Shown here in pieces: positions 55,279-64,000 of a DNA stretch of 64,000 nucleotides; position 1 is the first letter of the stretch; the number at the start of each line of letters is the position of its first letter. The notes below the pieces were generated by a model that worked only from the letters and a program-made list of their open reading frames with translations, searched no databases and was not told the DNA's origin. The translations under genes were made by a program, and so were the position numbers. The stretch covers positions 7,857 to 71,856 of the forward strand of contig JBBTXZ010000003.1 in the NCBI GenBank assembly GCA_038062015.1, read 5' to 3'. Source of the stretch: Patescibacteria group bacterium (GTDB lineage: Bacteria > Patescibacteriota > Minisyncoccia > 2-02-FULL-40-12).

Positions 55279-56631
55279 TTACTTAACTTGCGGCAGTCCA
55301 AAACCGGTGGCGTCATCGTCGCCAAGAGACCAAATATCTTTAGCCATCTGGTGAAGTAAGTCACGGGTAGCTGAAGCTCTTCCCCCTTCCAAGGCAGTTA
55401 GCTGCCAAAACTTAGCTGCCAGACCAGCTATATGCGGCGAAGCCATCGAGGTCCCGGATAAAACTGCGTAGCCGCCGTTTTTCCAGGTTGACTCAATACT
55501 AACTCCGGGCGCGCCGAATTCCATATCTTTCTCTTCAACTACATAGGCCTGAGTTAATGGGTTTATGCCTCGCGAACTCCAGTCAGGAACAGAAATTGAA
55601 ATATCTATCGCCCCAACGGCAATAGCATTAGTATTAGCCGCCGGATAATCAATACTCGCCGGATAAGGACCGTCATTGCCTCCGGCGGCAACGATTAAAA
55701 CATCTTTCGAAACGGCATAATCCATGGCTTCCCGAATCAACAAACTCTCGGCATCACCTCCCAAACTCATATTTATAACATTTGCTCCGTTATCAGCGGC
55801 AACTCTTATTGCATAGGCAATATCATCAGCCCAACAAGAACCGTCATTGCCGCAGACTTTATAGCTGAATAAGTTCGCTTCTGGGGCCACTCCGTAGATT
55901 CCTAATTTGTCAGAACCGGCGTCAGCCAAAATAATTCCCGAAACATGGGTGCCGTGGCCATGTTTATCTTCACAAGATCCATCTTTGACAAGAACTTTTA
56001 GAGAAGTAAAATCCTTGCATTGCTTGACTCTATTCTTTAAATCAGGATGAGTCTTTAAAACTCCAGTATCTAAAACCGCCACATTTACATTGGCGCCGCC
56101 GGAAGTCGAAGTTATGGCTGAATTATTATAAATAAGAGCGATGCCCCAAGGAGTTTCATCTGAAGGTATTGGCCGGGTTCTTCTGACTTTGGCCTTGATG
56201 CTTTCTAAAATATCAATCTTATCTTGATTTTTTTCTTCGCTTTTTTCTTCGCTGGTAATGACCGGCTCTTCACTGGGCAAAGGTTCTAGCGGTGTTTGAA
56301 TCGCCTTCGGCAAAACATGAAGCTGACCAACCGGCTCGACTTCCACTCCAAAAATTTTAGTTAAGGTCAGCTGAATTCCTGATAAATCTGTAGTAAATCC
56401 GTCATCAAAAGAATGTCTTTTACCAAAACTTTTCTCCCAAAATTGATTTTTAGTTTTAATAAAATAGCGAGGGCCGTCTTGATCTAAAATGGCGGCAGTT
56501 GTATTTGCGGCCTGGGCCTGAAAAGAACCAAAAAAGAAACAGGCATATAAAATATATGCCGATAAAACACCCCAAAATATTGAGTTTTTAGATGCTTGGA
56601 GCCTTATCACGAACGATATTAACCTTATCAA
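55279..56631 (-). CDS. S8 subtilisin-like serine protease
   Basis: VAVLDTG, HGTHVSG, GTSMASPH. Confidence 0.95.
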   Translation of the reverse strand: MIRLISFVIRLQASKNSIFWGVLSAYILYACFFFGSFQAQAANTTAAILDQDGPRYFIKTKNQFWEKSFGKRHSFDDGFTTDLSGIQLTLTKIFGVEVEPVGQLHVLPKAIQTPLEPLPSEEPVITSEEKSEEKNQDKIDILESIKAKVRRTRPIPSDETPWGIALIYNNSAITSTSGGANVNVAVLDTGVLKTHPDLKNRVKQCKDFTSLKVLVKDGSCEDKHGHGTHVSGIILADAGSDKLGIYGVAPEANLFSYKVCGNDGSCWADDIAYAIRVAADNGANVINMSLGGDAESLLIREAMDYAVSKDVLIVAAGGNDGPYPASIDYPAANTNAIAVGAIDISISVPDWSSRGINPLTQAYVVEEKDMEFGAPGVSIESTWKNGGYAVLSGTSMASPHIAGLAAKFWQLTALEGGRASATRDLLHQMAKDIWSLGDDDATGFGLPQVK

Positions 56632-56679
56632 TCCAAACCCGTTAAGTCAAGGTAATTATCCACAGTCTGTAAGTTTAGT

Positions 56680-59205
56680 TCAGAGCAATTGCCCCTGTTT
56701 TGAAGCATTTTCCCTCTCGTCAGCTGTAAAAATCCTTATTTTTCCGTACTCGCCGTCATAACCGGGCTCAATATGAACCCGTCCATCTCTAACTTTAGTA
56801 ATACCCTCAGCGATTTCGGGCAGGGTCGATTTTTTCAAATTATCGGCCGAAGCATCAAGTAAAACATTGAACTCATTGCCAAAACTTCTAATCAATTTTT
56901 CATATTCCTGTAAAACTCTTTTAGGCCAGCCAGTATTAGAAGTGACACTAAGGCCTATTGAATCAGAAATTATTTGGTCTAAAGGAATAACATTTTTATA
57001 AGACACGCGGCTGACGGGTTTAAGGCCGCTTGGGCGGTCGGCAAGCTCGGCCACTCTGGCCAAAACGCCGACGGTTAGAGGCCTTTTACATTTAGGGCAG
57101 AGGAAATTATGTTTTTTTGTTTCTTCCGGCTCGAACGAAATATTGCATAATCGATGGCCGTCATAGTGATATTTTCCCTCTTCCGGAAAAAACTCCACGG
57201 TAAAAAGAAATTTTTTCGGATCTTTTGATTTTATTGATTCAATAATTTTGTAATAATCAAGTTCAGCGTCGAAGACATTAGCCTCCCGCCCGATTCGGGT
57301 CAACGAATGAGAATCGGAATTAGAAACTAAAGTAACGTTGTCTAATTTGGAAAGGCGCCAATTCATTGCCGGATCCGAAGAAAGACCGGTCTCAACCGCG
57401 TAAATATATTTGGACAAATCATCAAAGCATTCTTCAATTGAATCAAAACCTGATTTGGAGCCGAAAATAGAGAACCAGGGTGTCCAACAATTATGAACTG
57501 TAGCGAACTCCGTGACGTATGAATTATCATCTTCAACTTCCAGATTATAAACCGGACCTTTATAATCTTTTTCTTCAATATCCCTAACCGGCAGGTAAAC
57601 ATGATCTTTATCAATCCATCCGTGTTTAATTTTTGTTTTATAATTAAACTGTTTAAATTCCGGCTCCGACAGTAGACTAAATTTATCATCAAAAAACGTA
57701 AGACGGTTTAAGACATAACAATCGCCATTGGCCCTAATTATTCTATTTTGATATTTGTGTTTTCCCCTACTAAAATGTGACTTCATTGAATCAACGTAAA
57801 TTGACGGGACTATTCCTAACTTTAACAAAACAATTTTCATTTGATTCATTAATTCTTTTGATACGGTATAACCTTTATCTCCCCGCCACCATCCTTTAAA
57901 TAATTCTGCCAGTAATTCATCCGACAAACCTAAAAACCAGCTTGGCAACATTTTTGTATGAGCATCCTTAACTTCTTCTGAACTGTAAAAAAGTTTTTCA
58001 AAAAGCTCCTGAACTATTTTTGAGTAAAATACCAATTCTATTCCGTTCTCTTCTCTTCTTTTATAATTTTTGATTCCAAAAACAAAATCCATCAAGCTAA
58101 CCACGTCGGCAACGTAATTTTCTTCTTTTTTGCTAAACATAAAACCTATGGCATCTCTACCGTTAGTATACCCCTCTGCCATGTAGTATCCGATTAATCT
58201 GCTAAAATCCTCATTCACGTTAATTATATCCGGAACTGCTTTTGTTCGATTCCCTCTCATTAATAGTCCTTTCTGAACTGGGATTAATGATATATGACGA
58301 AGCGCCTCGGCCACAGATATAACGGAGTGATTTGAATATGCATTATTAAAACGAGGAAAAACTAAAACATCCCCCTTTTCAATATTTTCTGCCGTAACCC
58401 AAGAATGTTTATATGATTTATAGTGTTTTTTTGTACATTTTAAATAAGTTTCATGTACCGGCTTGCATATTCCTTTAGACCAGTGGCAGTTTTTTTTAGT
58501 TTTAATAACATAAAATGGATGTTCGGGCGTTACCGTCAATCCTTCTCTGAAATAATATGGTTTAATAGAAAAAACTTTTCCTTTATAAGGTCTTCTTAAA
58601 ACTTCTGTAACTTTCCTCCATCTATTTTTATGAGTAAAAACGCATTCTCCTTCTTTAATGTTTTGAATTTTTGTCAATAAGTTATTTTTTGTATGAACGG
58701 CTGTATCTGGTAATAAGCAATGAGCCGGAATAACCATTATATCCGGTGAAATTTCAAGACAGATTTCCAAAAACTTTTTTGAATCAAGACCTAGAATCGG
58801 CCGGCCGTCGGATTTCAGATTGCCGATGAAAGAAAGCTTGGCGTTTATTTTTTCGGCTGTTTCAATATCCGGAACTAAATAAAGATGATGAACTCTCCTC
58901 ACCTTCCCGCCTTTTGAGTAAATGCAGCTTATTTCGCCGGTCAGCATGAAGCGGGGCTCAGCTTCATTATCCAAGCGGCCGAATGAATCAACTTTGAATT
59001 CCTTTTTCAGCTTGAAAAGGCCCGGTTCAGCCGGCTCCAATTTTTGTTTTATTTCTTTCAGCCACAAAGGATGAGTCAAATCGCCGGTCCCCAAAACATG
59101 AATACCCTTGATTTTTGCCCACTTATCCAGATTTTCAAGCACCATTTCCGGCGACACCGCCCGCGAGTATTTTGAGTGGATCTGCATGTCTACGACTAAT
59201 TTCAT
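56680..59205 (-). CDS. Endonuclease Q-family (PHP) protein containing an intein
   Basis: IHSKYSRA, GTGD.THP.W, DGRPILG, NSDSHS..IGRE, GKYHYDGHR.C, CPKC, PGYDGEYG. Confidence 0.9.
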   Translation of the reverse strand: MKLVVDMQIHSKYSRAVSPEMVLENLDKWAKIKGIHVLGTGDLTHPLWLKEIKQKLEPAEPGLFKLKKEFKVDSFGRLDNEAEPRFMLTGEISCIYSKGGKVRRVHHLYLVPDIETAEKINAKLSFIGNLKSDGRPILGLDSKKFLEICLEISPDIMVIPAHCLLPDTAVHTKNNLLTKIQNIKEGECVFTHKNRWRKVTEVLRRPYKGKVFSIKPYYFREGLTVTPEHPFYVIKTKKNCHWSKGICKPVHETYLKCTKKHYKSYKHSWVTAENIEKGDVLVFPRFNNAYSNHSVISVAEALRHISLIPVQKGLLMRGNRTKAVPDIINVNEDFSRLIGYYMAEGYTNGRDAIGFMFSKKEENYVADVVSLMDFVFGIKNYKRREENGIELVFYSKIVQELFEKLFYSSEEVKDAHTKMLPSWFLGLSDELLAELFKGWWRGDKGYTVSKELMNQMKIVLLKLGIVPSIYVDSMKSHFSRGKHKYQNRIIRANGDCYVLNRLTFFDDKFSLLSEPEFKQFNYKTKIKHGWIDKDHVYLPVRDIEEKDYKGPVYNLEVEDDNSYVTEFATVHNCWTPWFSIFGSKSGFDSIEECFDDLSKYIYAVETGLSSDPAMNWRLSKLDNVTLVSNSDSHSLTRIGREANVFDAELDYYKIIESIKSKDPKKFLFTVEFFPEEGKYHYDGHRLCNISFEPEETKKHNFLCPKCKRPLTVGVLARVAELADRPSGLKPVSRVSYKNVIPLDQIISDSIGLSVTSNTGWPKRVLQEYEKLIRSFGNEFNVLLDASADNLKKSTLPEIAEGITKVRDGRVHIEPGYDGEYGKIRIFTADERENASKQGQLL
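57490..58719 (-). mobile_element. 410-aa intein with a LAGLIDADG-type endonuclease region
   Basis: Starts CLLPDT, block B TPEHPF, LIGYYMAEG, block F VYNLEV, ends VHN before Cys+1; removal restores IPAH-CWTPWFS. Confidence 0.93.
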
Positions 59206-59207
59206 GA

Positions 59208-59281
59208 TGTCCCCGGCGCGATTCGAACGCGCAATCTTCGGCTTCGGAGGCCGACGCTTTATCCAGTTAAGCTACGGGGAC
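59208..59281 (-). tRNA. tRNA-Arg(CCG), CCA not encoded
   Basis: Acceptor GTCCCCG/CGGGGAC, anticodon arm TCGGC-CTCCGAA-GCCGA, T arm GCGCG-TTCGAAT-CGCGC. Confidence 0.95.
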
Positions 59282-60581
59282 TCATAGCGGCCAAGAGGCC
59301 GCTTACTAACCAAAATATAATCTGACCTTGCTGTAATGTCCAGAGAAAATGGTCAAAAAGACCTAAGAATAAAACCGAAGTAAAAATTATAAATAATGAG
59401 TAATGGAACGGCCGGTTAAAAGAAATTCTTAAATAATTTTTAATTAAAAAAAATAAAAACAATAAAAGCGCCGCCAGCCCTAAAATTCCGGTTTCGGAAA
59501 AAATCAGTAAATAAATATTATGGACCGGCTGGTAAAGATTCAGGGCAAGGCCCGGATTTTTTTCTTTCAGCCAGTTTACAAAATTACCCGGCCCAACCCC
59601 GAAAAACGGTTTCCCCTGAAAAGCAATCTGATTGTAAAAACCGCGCAAAGACAGAGCCTCTTCTTGAGGCGAAATTTTTATCCGAGCTAAAACTTGCGGC
59701 CAGAACAATAAAGAAAAAACAAATACTAAGACAAGAGTGACTAATGCCAACTTTTTAACATCCGATCTTTGAATTATCCCCCTGAATTCATTTTTCCAAT
59801 AAAGCCAGCCAAATCTATAAATAACGCCGATAAGCCAGACAAAAATTATTATCCGAGAAAAAGTGAAAAACAATCCAAAAATCAAAATTGCATAACCGAC
59901 CAGCCAAAACCATAATTCTTTCCCGCTCTTATTGATTCGGGAGATATATAGAAAATAAAAAATAAAAATTGAGATGAATAAAAAGAAGGCCAGAACATTC
60001 GGGTGGGGCAAAGTGCCGTAAGCGCGCATCACTTTCTCGCCTTCAACCGTAAATACGGCCACATTGAATAAATCGGAATTTAAAATTGTTTCGCCCAAAA
60101 ATCGCAGGCCCAAATCTGACTGTTTGACATACTGGAGAATTGATAGAATCGCCTGAAAAATTCCGGAAGCCAAAAAAACGAAAAACGCCGTCGCCAAATT
60201 AAAAACGACGCCAAGATTGGATTTTACATAAAAATACAAAAGAGAAAATTCAACAAGTTTTATTAACTGATAAAATCCGAGAGCTGGATTAATGGCATTT
60301 TTAATTGAAATTGCAGAAATTACCAAAAATCCGATTAAAAACCAGTCATAATTGAATGAAAATATATTTCTAATTTCAACACGAGTACTTTGTGACATAG
60401 CATAAAATACTCGTGTTCGTAGAAACCAGGCTAAAATAAGAGTTAAAATCAATAAATCCGTCAAATATAAAAACGCCGAATTCCATTCATTAAACCCAAT
60501 CCCCCACGAACGTAAAATCACTCTCGTCTGAAACGGAATTGAAAAAATCAAGGCATAGAAAAAAAGTTTTTCTATATTCAA
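59259..60581 (-). CDS. O-antigen ligase-family membrane protein (probable TTG start overlapping the ftsW stop)
   Basis: RAYGTLPHPN, TFSR, GVGPGNF, PVHNIYL...ETG..G, FDH. Confidence 0.88.
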   Translation of the reverse strand: MNIEKLFFYALIFSIPFQTRVILRSWGIGFNEWNSAFLYLTDLLILTLILAWFLRTRVFYAMSQSTRVEIRNIFSFNYDWFLIGFLVISAISIKNAINPALGFYQLIKLVEFSLLYFYVKSNLGVVFNLATAFFVFLASGIFQAILSILQYVKQSDLGLRFLGETILNSDLFNVAVFTVEGEKVMRAYGTLPHPNVLAFFLFISIFIFYFLYISRINKSGKELWFWLVGYAILIFGLFFTFSRIIIFVWLIGVIYRFGWLYWKNEFRGIIQRSDVKKLALVTLVLVFVFSLLFWPQVLARIKISPQEEALSLRGFYNQIAFQGKPFFGVGPGNFVNWLKEKNPGLALNLYQPVHNIYLLIFSETGILGLAALLLFLFFLIKNYLRISFNRPFHYSLFIIFTSVLFLGLFDHFLWTLQQGQIIFWLVSGLLAAMSPRSLTG

Positions 60582-61687
60582 GCTTTTCTGGCTATATTGG
60601 CTAAAATCCCGACTCCCAGCATTAACACTGCCAAAGCAGTGCCGCCGTAACTGATGAACGGCAAAGGAATCCCGGTCAAGGGCGCTAACCCGCTTAAAGA
60701 AGCGACATTGATAAAAGATTGGATGCCAACCCACGAGGCCAGCCCCACAGCATATAAAGAAGCAAACTTATTCCCGGCTCTTTTTGCAATTTTTAATGAA
60801 ATCGTTACAAAAAACAAAAGCATAAAAAGCACGGCAGTCATGCCGATAAAACCGAGCTCCTCCCCGATAACCGCAAAAATTGAGTCGCCTACCGGTTCAG
60901 GCAAAAAACCCAGTTTTTGTTCGCCCTTGCCAAATCCAGAACCTAAAAATCCGCCTTTGCCGATAGCGATCAAAGATTGGTTAAAATGGTAGCCGATTCC
61001 CTTGACGTCAAAATCCGGATTTAAAAGAACAAAAACCCGATCAAACCGGTAAGGTTCGAAAAATATTAAGAGAGCGAAGGCGACGGCGATTAAAAGCAGA
61101 ATCCCGACAATATGCTTAAATCCAGCGCCGGAAGCAAAAAACATTGAAATGGCAATGCCGATAATAATGCTTAAAGTCCCGATATCGGGCTGGGCGGCGA
61201 TGAGAATGCCGATGAAAAAAATAATAATAGTGAAAGCGGTGGTAGAGCCGGCGGGACGCTGAGCGCCCCAAATGGCCCCGCTAAGCGGGGCGGCGAACTT
61301 GCGGCCCTCAAGCCAACTGGCCAGGTAAATTATTAAAGTAAGCTTCAAAATTTCTGCCGGCTGAAAAGAGAAAAGATTAAAGAAGTTAACCCATCTTTTT
61401 GCGCCGCCTAAATTTATTCCAAAGCCCGGGGCGAAAACAAGAAATAAAAAGAAGACGGATCCTAGAATCAAAGGCAGGGAAATTTTTTTCCAGATTTTAT
61501 AATCCATCCTGGATGCGGCGAAAAAAAGAGCGAGGCCGGGCAAGAAACCGAAAAAAAACTGATGGCCCAAATAGTAATAATTGGTTCCGAAATTCTTCTG
61601 GGAGGGATAAATTCCGGCCGAAGAAATCATCGCCAGGCCGAAAACGATTAAAATAAAAGCAGGCCAGATTAAAGATTTTGTGTTCAT
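60578..61687 (-). CDS. ftsW: SEDS peptidoglycan polymerase FtsW
   Basis: GAKRW, FQPAE..K, QPD.GT, LPEP..D.IF, PLTGIPLPFISYGGT; follows mraY. Confidence 0.92.
   Translation of the reverse strand: MNTKSLIWPAFILIVFGLAMISSAGIYPSQKNFGTNYYYLGHQFFFGFLPGLALFFAASRMDYKIWKKISLPLILGSVFFLFLVFAPGFGINLGGAKRWVNFFNLFSFQPAEILKLTLIIYLASWLEGRKFAAPLSGAIWGAQRPAGSTTAFTIIIFFIGILIAAQPDIGTLSIIIGIAISMFFASGAGFKHIVGILLLIAVAFALLIFFEPYRFDRVFVLLNPDFDVKGIGYHFNQSLIAIGKGGFLGSGFGKGEQKLGFLPEPVGDSIFAVIGEELGFIGMTAVLFMLLFFVTISLKIAKRAGNKFASLYAVGLASWVGIQSFINVASLSGLAPLTGIPLPFISYGGTALAVLMLGVGILANIARKA
61251..61291. repeat. Double-hairpin palindromic element inside ftsW
   Basis: gcgggacgctgagcgccccaaatggccccgctaagcggggc; homologous to 29469-29509. 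Confidence 0.85.
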
Positions 61688-62790
61688 CGAAAGAGAGGCG
61701 GAATTCTTGAATCAACTAAAAATAAAATTAGCCCAAAAATCACTCCGACGGCCGAGACCATCCAAAGCCGCATCGTCACCTGGCTCTCCGGCCAGCCCAA
61801 AGCCTCAAAATGATGATGGATCGGCGTGGAAAGGAAAATTTTTCTGCCTCTGAATTTCTTCGACAAAAGCTGAATCAAAACCGAGCCGGATTCAATTACG
61901 AAGATTACCCCAATAATCGGAAGAAGAAGAGGAATATTCAGAAACATAGCGATAACGCCGATGGTCGTTCCTAAAGCCATTGCCCCGGTATCGCCCATAA
62001 AGAATTTGGCCGGATAAATATTATGCCACAAAAAAGCGATCAAGGCGCCGATGATCGAAGAAATGAAAACTACTAAATCCATCCTTTCCTGGACAAAGGC
62101 AATCACGCCCAAAGCGGTAAAAATAGTCAAAGCCACTCCGCCCAAAAGTCCGTCCAAGCCGTCCGTCTCATTAGCCGAAAAAGTACTGGCCACAATTACA
62201 AAAACAAAAAACAGCATATACCAAAAACCTAAGGTAATATCGCCGAAAAAAGGAATATTAATGAAATTCCAATCAAGCTTATAGTAAAACCACCAAGCTC
62301 CGCCTAACCCGATCAAAGTGTAAAAAACAAACCGGTCGCGCATTCTTAGTCCTCTGCCCTTTTCTCCTTTTCCTTTAATGCTCCAAATATCGTCAACTAA
62401 TCCCAATATCGCGCTTATGACTAAAGCCCCCAAAGGCAAAAAGGTCTGGCTTCTTGATAAAAAATTTAATTTTGCTAAAGAAGTTCCGGGAGAAATCTGG
62501 GCCAAAAACCAAAAACCGAAAATAATAATCAATAAAGTGGCCCAGATTATCACTCCTCCGCCTATGGGAATACCCTGTTTTTTTTGGTGGAGCTTGGAAA
62601 AAATAGGGGCCACGTCCTCTCTGATTACTTTCTTTTTGGAAAAATTGTATTTATCAAGAACTTTTTTCCAAAAAGGCGTGATAATTAAAGCAACAAAAAA
62701 ACTTATCGTGGCAACGATGAAAATGCGAAGAACATTTACAACTGTGAAAACTCCATCAACTACTTCCATATATATGATTTGGCGGCCCAC
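61684..62790 (-). CDS. mraY: Phospho-N-acetylmuramoyl-pentapeptide transferase (start possibly 62769)
   Basis: K.G.P.GGG, LVDD, NETDGLDGL, FMGDTG, PIHHHFE. Confidence 0.96.
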   Translation of the reverse strand: MGRQIIYMEVVDGVFTVVNVLRIFIVATISFFVALIITPFWKKVLDKYNFSKKKVIREDVAPIFSKLHQKKQGIPIGGGVIIWATLLIIIFGFWFLAQISPGTSLAKLNFLSRSQTFLPLGALVISAILGLVDDIWSIKGKGEKGRGLRMRDRFVFYTLIGLGGAWWFYYKLDWNFINIPFFGDITLGFWYMLFFVFVIVASTFSANETDGLDGLLGGVALTIFTALGVIAFVQERMDLVVFISSIIGALIAFLWHNIYPAKFFMGDTGAMALGTTIGVIAMFLNIPLLLPIIGVIFVIESGSVLIQLLSKKFRGRKIFLSTPIHHHFEALGWPESQVTMRLWMVSAVGVIFGLILFLVDSRIPPLFR

Positions 62791-63707
62791 TCAACCAGTT
62801 TTTGAGCATCAAAGAATCTGCCGCTTGAACCAAGAACCACGGCAATCAAGCGGCTTGAATCACTCGGTGATTCGGTTACTAAAATCATAGATCCTCCGCT
62901 CAATTCGGTAAATCCGGTTTTGCCGCCGATAATATTGAACAGTTTTCCAAGAAGTTCATTGGTATTGAAAACTTGGTGCTTTAATTTCCCGTCAATCGAA
63001 ACAATTTCAGTCTTCTGGATTTTAAGAATGTCGTACAGATTAACGTATCTAAATGAATATTTTATCAGTTTAACCAGATCCTGGCCCGTGGAAAAGCTTT
63101 TTTGGTCGTCCAGTCCGGCCGCTTCAGTGAAAAAAGTGTCGTTCATTTCCAGCGACTCCGCTTTTTCGTTCATTTTTTCAACCAGATTGATTCCGTAATT
63201 TTTCGCCAGATGTTCTTCAAAAGCATAAGCCGCGACATTGGATGATTCTATCAACATTAATTTTAATAGGTCAGCCGCCTTTATTCTCTCGCCTTGATAC
63301 AAATCGTTTCCACCGCCTTCTTTTTCAGATTTTTCAATAACTGATTTTTTAATGATCGCAATATCGTTCAAATTCATATTTTCAATAACCGCGACTGCAG
63401 TCATAAGTTTAGTCAAAGAAGCAATCGGCATTTTAACTCCGGAGTTTTTATCAAATAAAACTTTTTCCGAGGCAAAATCGAAAAGAATAGCCGAACGGGC
63501 GAAAATATCGGGGTCCGGGATGCCCCAATCCCTGATTGGAAAATAATTGGTTTCGGCGGCTGGGAGCAGATAAGGAGCATTTTGAGGGCTGGAATCAACA
63601 TAAGGGCTTTCATCCCCCAAAGAATTGCGGACTAAAACTACTGGACTTAAAAAATTCAACCCCAAAAACAAATCCAGAATTGAAACAAAAAGGAATTTGA
63701 CAGTCAT
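62760..63707 (-). CDS. S11 D-alanyl-D-alanine carboxypeptidase
   Basis: PIASLTKLMT, SSN, GGKTGFT. Confidence 0.92.
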   Translation of the reverse strand: MTVKFLFVSILDLFLGLNFLSPVVLVRNSLGDESPYVDSSPQNAPYLLPAAETNYFPIRDWGIPDPDIFARSAILFDFASEKVLFDKNSGVKMPIASLTKLMTAVAVIENMNLNDIAIIKKSVIEKSEKEGGGNDLYQGERIKAADLLKLMLIESSNVAAYAFEEHLAKNYGINLVEKMNEKAESLEMNDTFFTEAAGLDDQKSFSTGQDLVKLIKYSFRYVNLYDILKIQKTEIVSIDGKLKHQVFNTNELLGKLFNIIGGKTGFTELSGGSMILVTESPSDSSRLIAVVLGSSGRFFDAQKLVEWAAKSYIWK

Positions 63708-63712
63708 TGCGA

Positions 63713-64000
63713 TTACTTATCTTTTTCAACTTTCAAATGCAGTTCTTTCAGCTGTTTTTTATCTATTTCCGAAGGACTTTCCATCATCGGATCCCTGGCA
63801 TCGCCGGTTTTTGGAAAGGCGATCACTTCGCGGATGTTCGGCTCATTAGCAAAAATTGATAATAACCGATCAATACCCAAAGCAATGCCTCCGTGAGGGG
63901 GACCGCCGTAAGCATATGCTTCCAAAAGGTGGCTGAATTTTTCTTTTATTTCTTCATCAGAATACCCAAGAATATTGAAAACTTTCATTTGAAGCTCGGG
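63713..64000 (-). CDS. aspS: Aspartate--tRNA ligase, C-terminal part (runs off the window)
   Basis: YGGPPHGGIALGIDRL, IREVIAFPKT. Confidence 0.92.
   Translation of the reverse strand, partial: PELQMKVFNILGYSDEEIKEKFSHLLEAYAYGGPPHGGIALGIDRLLSIFANEPNIREVIAFPKTGDARDPMMESPSEIDKKQLKELHLKVEKDK

Noticed and set aside
16853-60734. Long N-terminal extensions in the ORF track for 16463..16939, rpsM, mnmA, 38086..38367 and 59259..60734
   Set aside because: They overlap neighbouring genes or palindromes, and homology begins at downstream starts
3525-63849. Numerous 60-170 aa ORFs antisense or out of frame within housekeeping genes
   Set aside because: Shadow ORFs with no recognisable motifs or initiation signals
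1-64000. CRISPR array, cas genes, reverse transcriptase/DGR, transposase, rRNA
   Set aside because: No regularly spaced repeats or such proteins were seen; the nuclease at 15714 has no cas context
1-64000. Alternative genetic code (UGA=Gly, as in Gracilibacteria/Absconditabacteria)
   Set aside because: Conserved genes are full length under code 11, and several end at TGA at the expected position (gltX, ftsW, mraY)

Overview
64 kb of a bacterial chromosome. Gene content and style suggest a Patescibacteria/CPR (Parcubacteria-like) organism using code 11 (inference: AT-rich, compact, shortened tRNA synthetases, few SD-led genes). Most genes are housekeeping and on the minus strand: ribosomal proteins, rpoA, seven aminoacyl-tRNA synthetases, dnaB, holB, lon, cell-wall and division genes, polX, and two tRNAs. 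Interspersed are a few SD-led orphan ORFs with their own promoters and terminators, an MTase plus unknown partner, and an intein-containing EndoQ-family gene. The main unexplained signal is a dispersed family of ~190-215 nt rod-like structured elements. There are three full covarying copies, one analogous element and several arm remnants, and the full copies sit at the stop codons of host genes. Other notable points: small palindromes inserted in-frame into conserved proteins in different reading frames, an RpoA that lacks the alphaCTD and ends in an AT-hook-like motif, an aminoacylation-only AlaRS, and a tRNA overlapping a CDS end. All calls come from reading the sequence by eye; no searches or folding programs were run.
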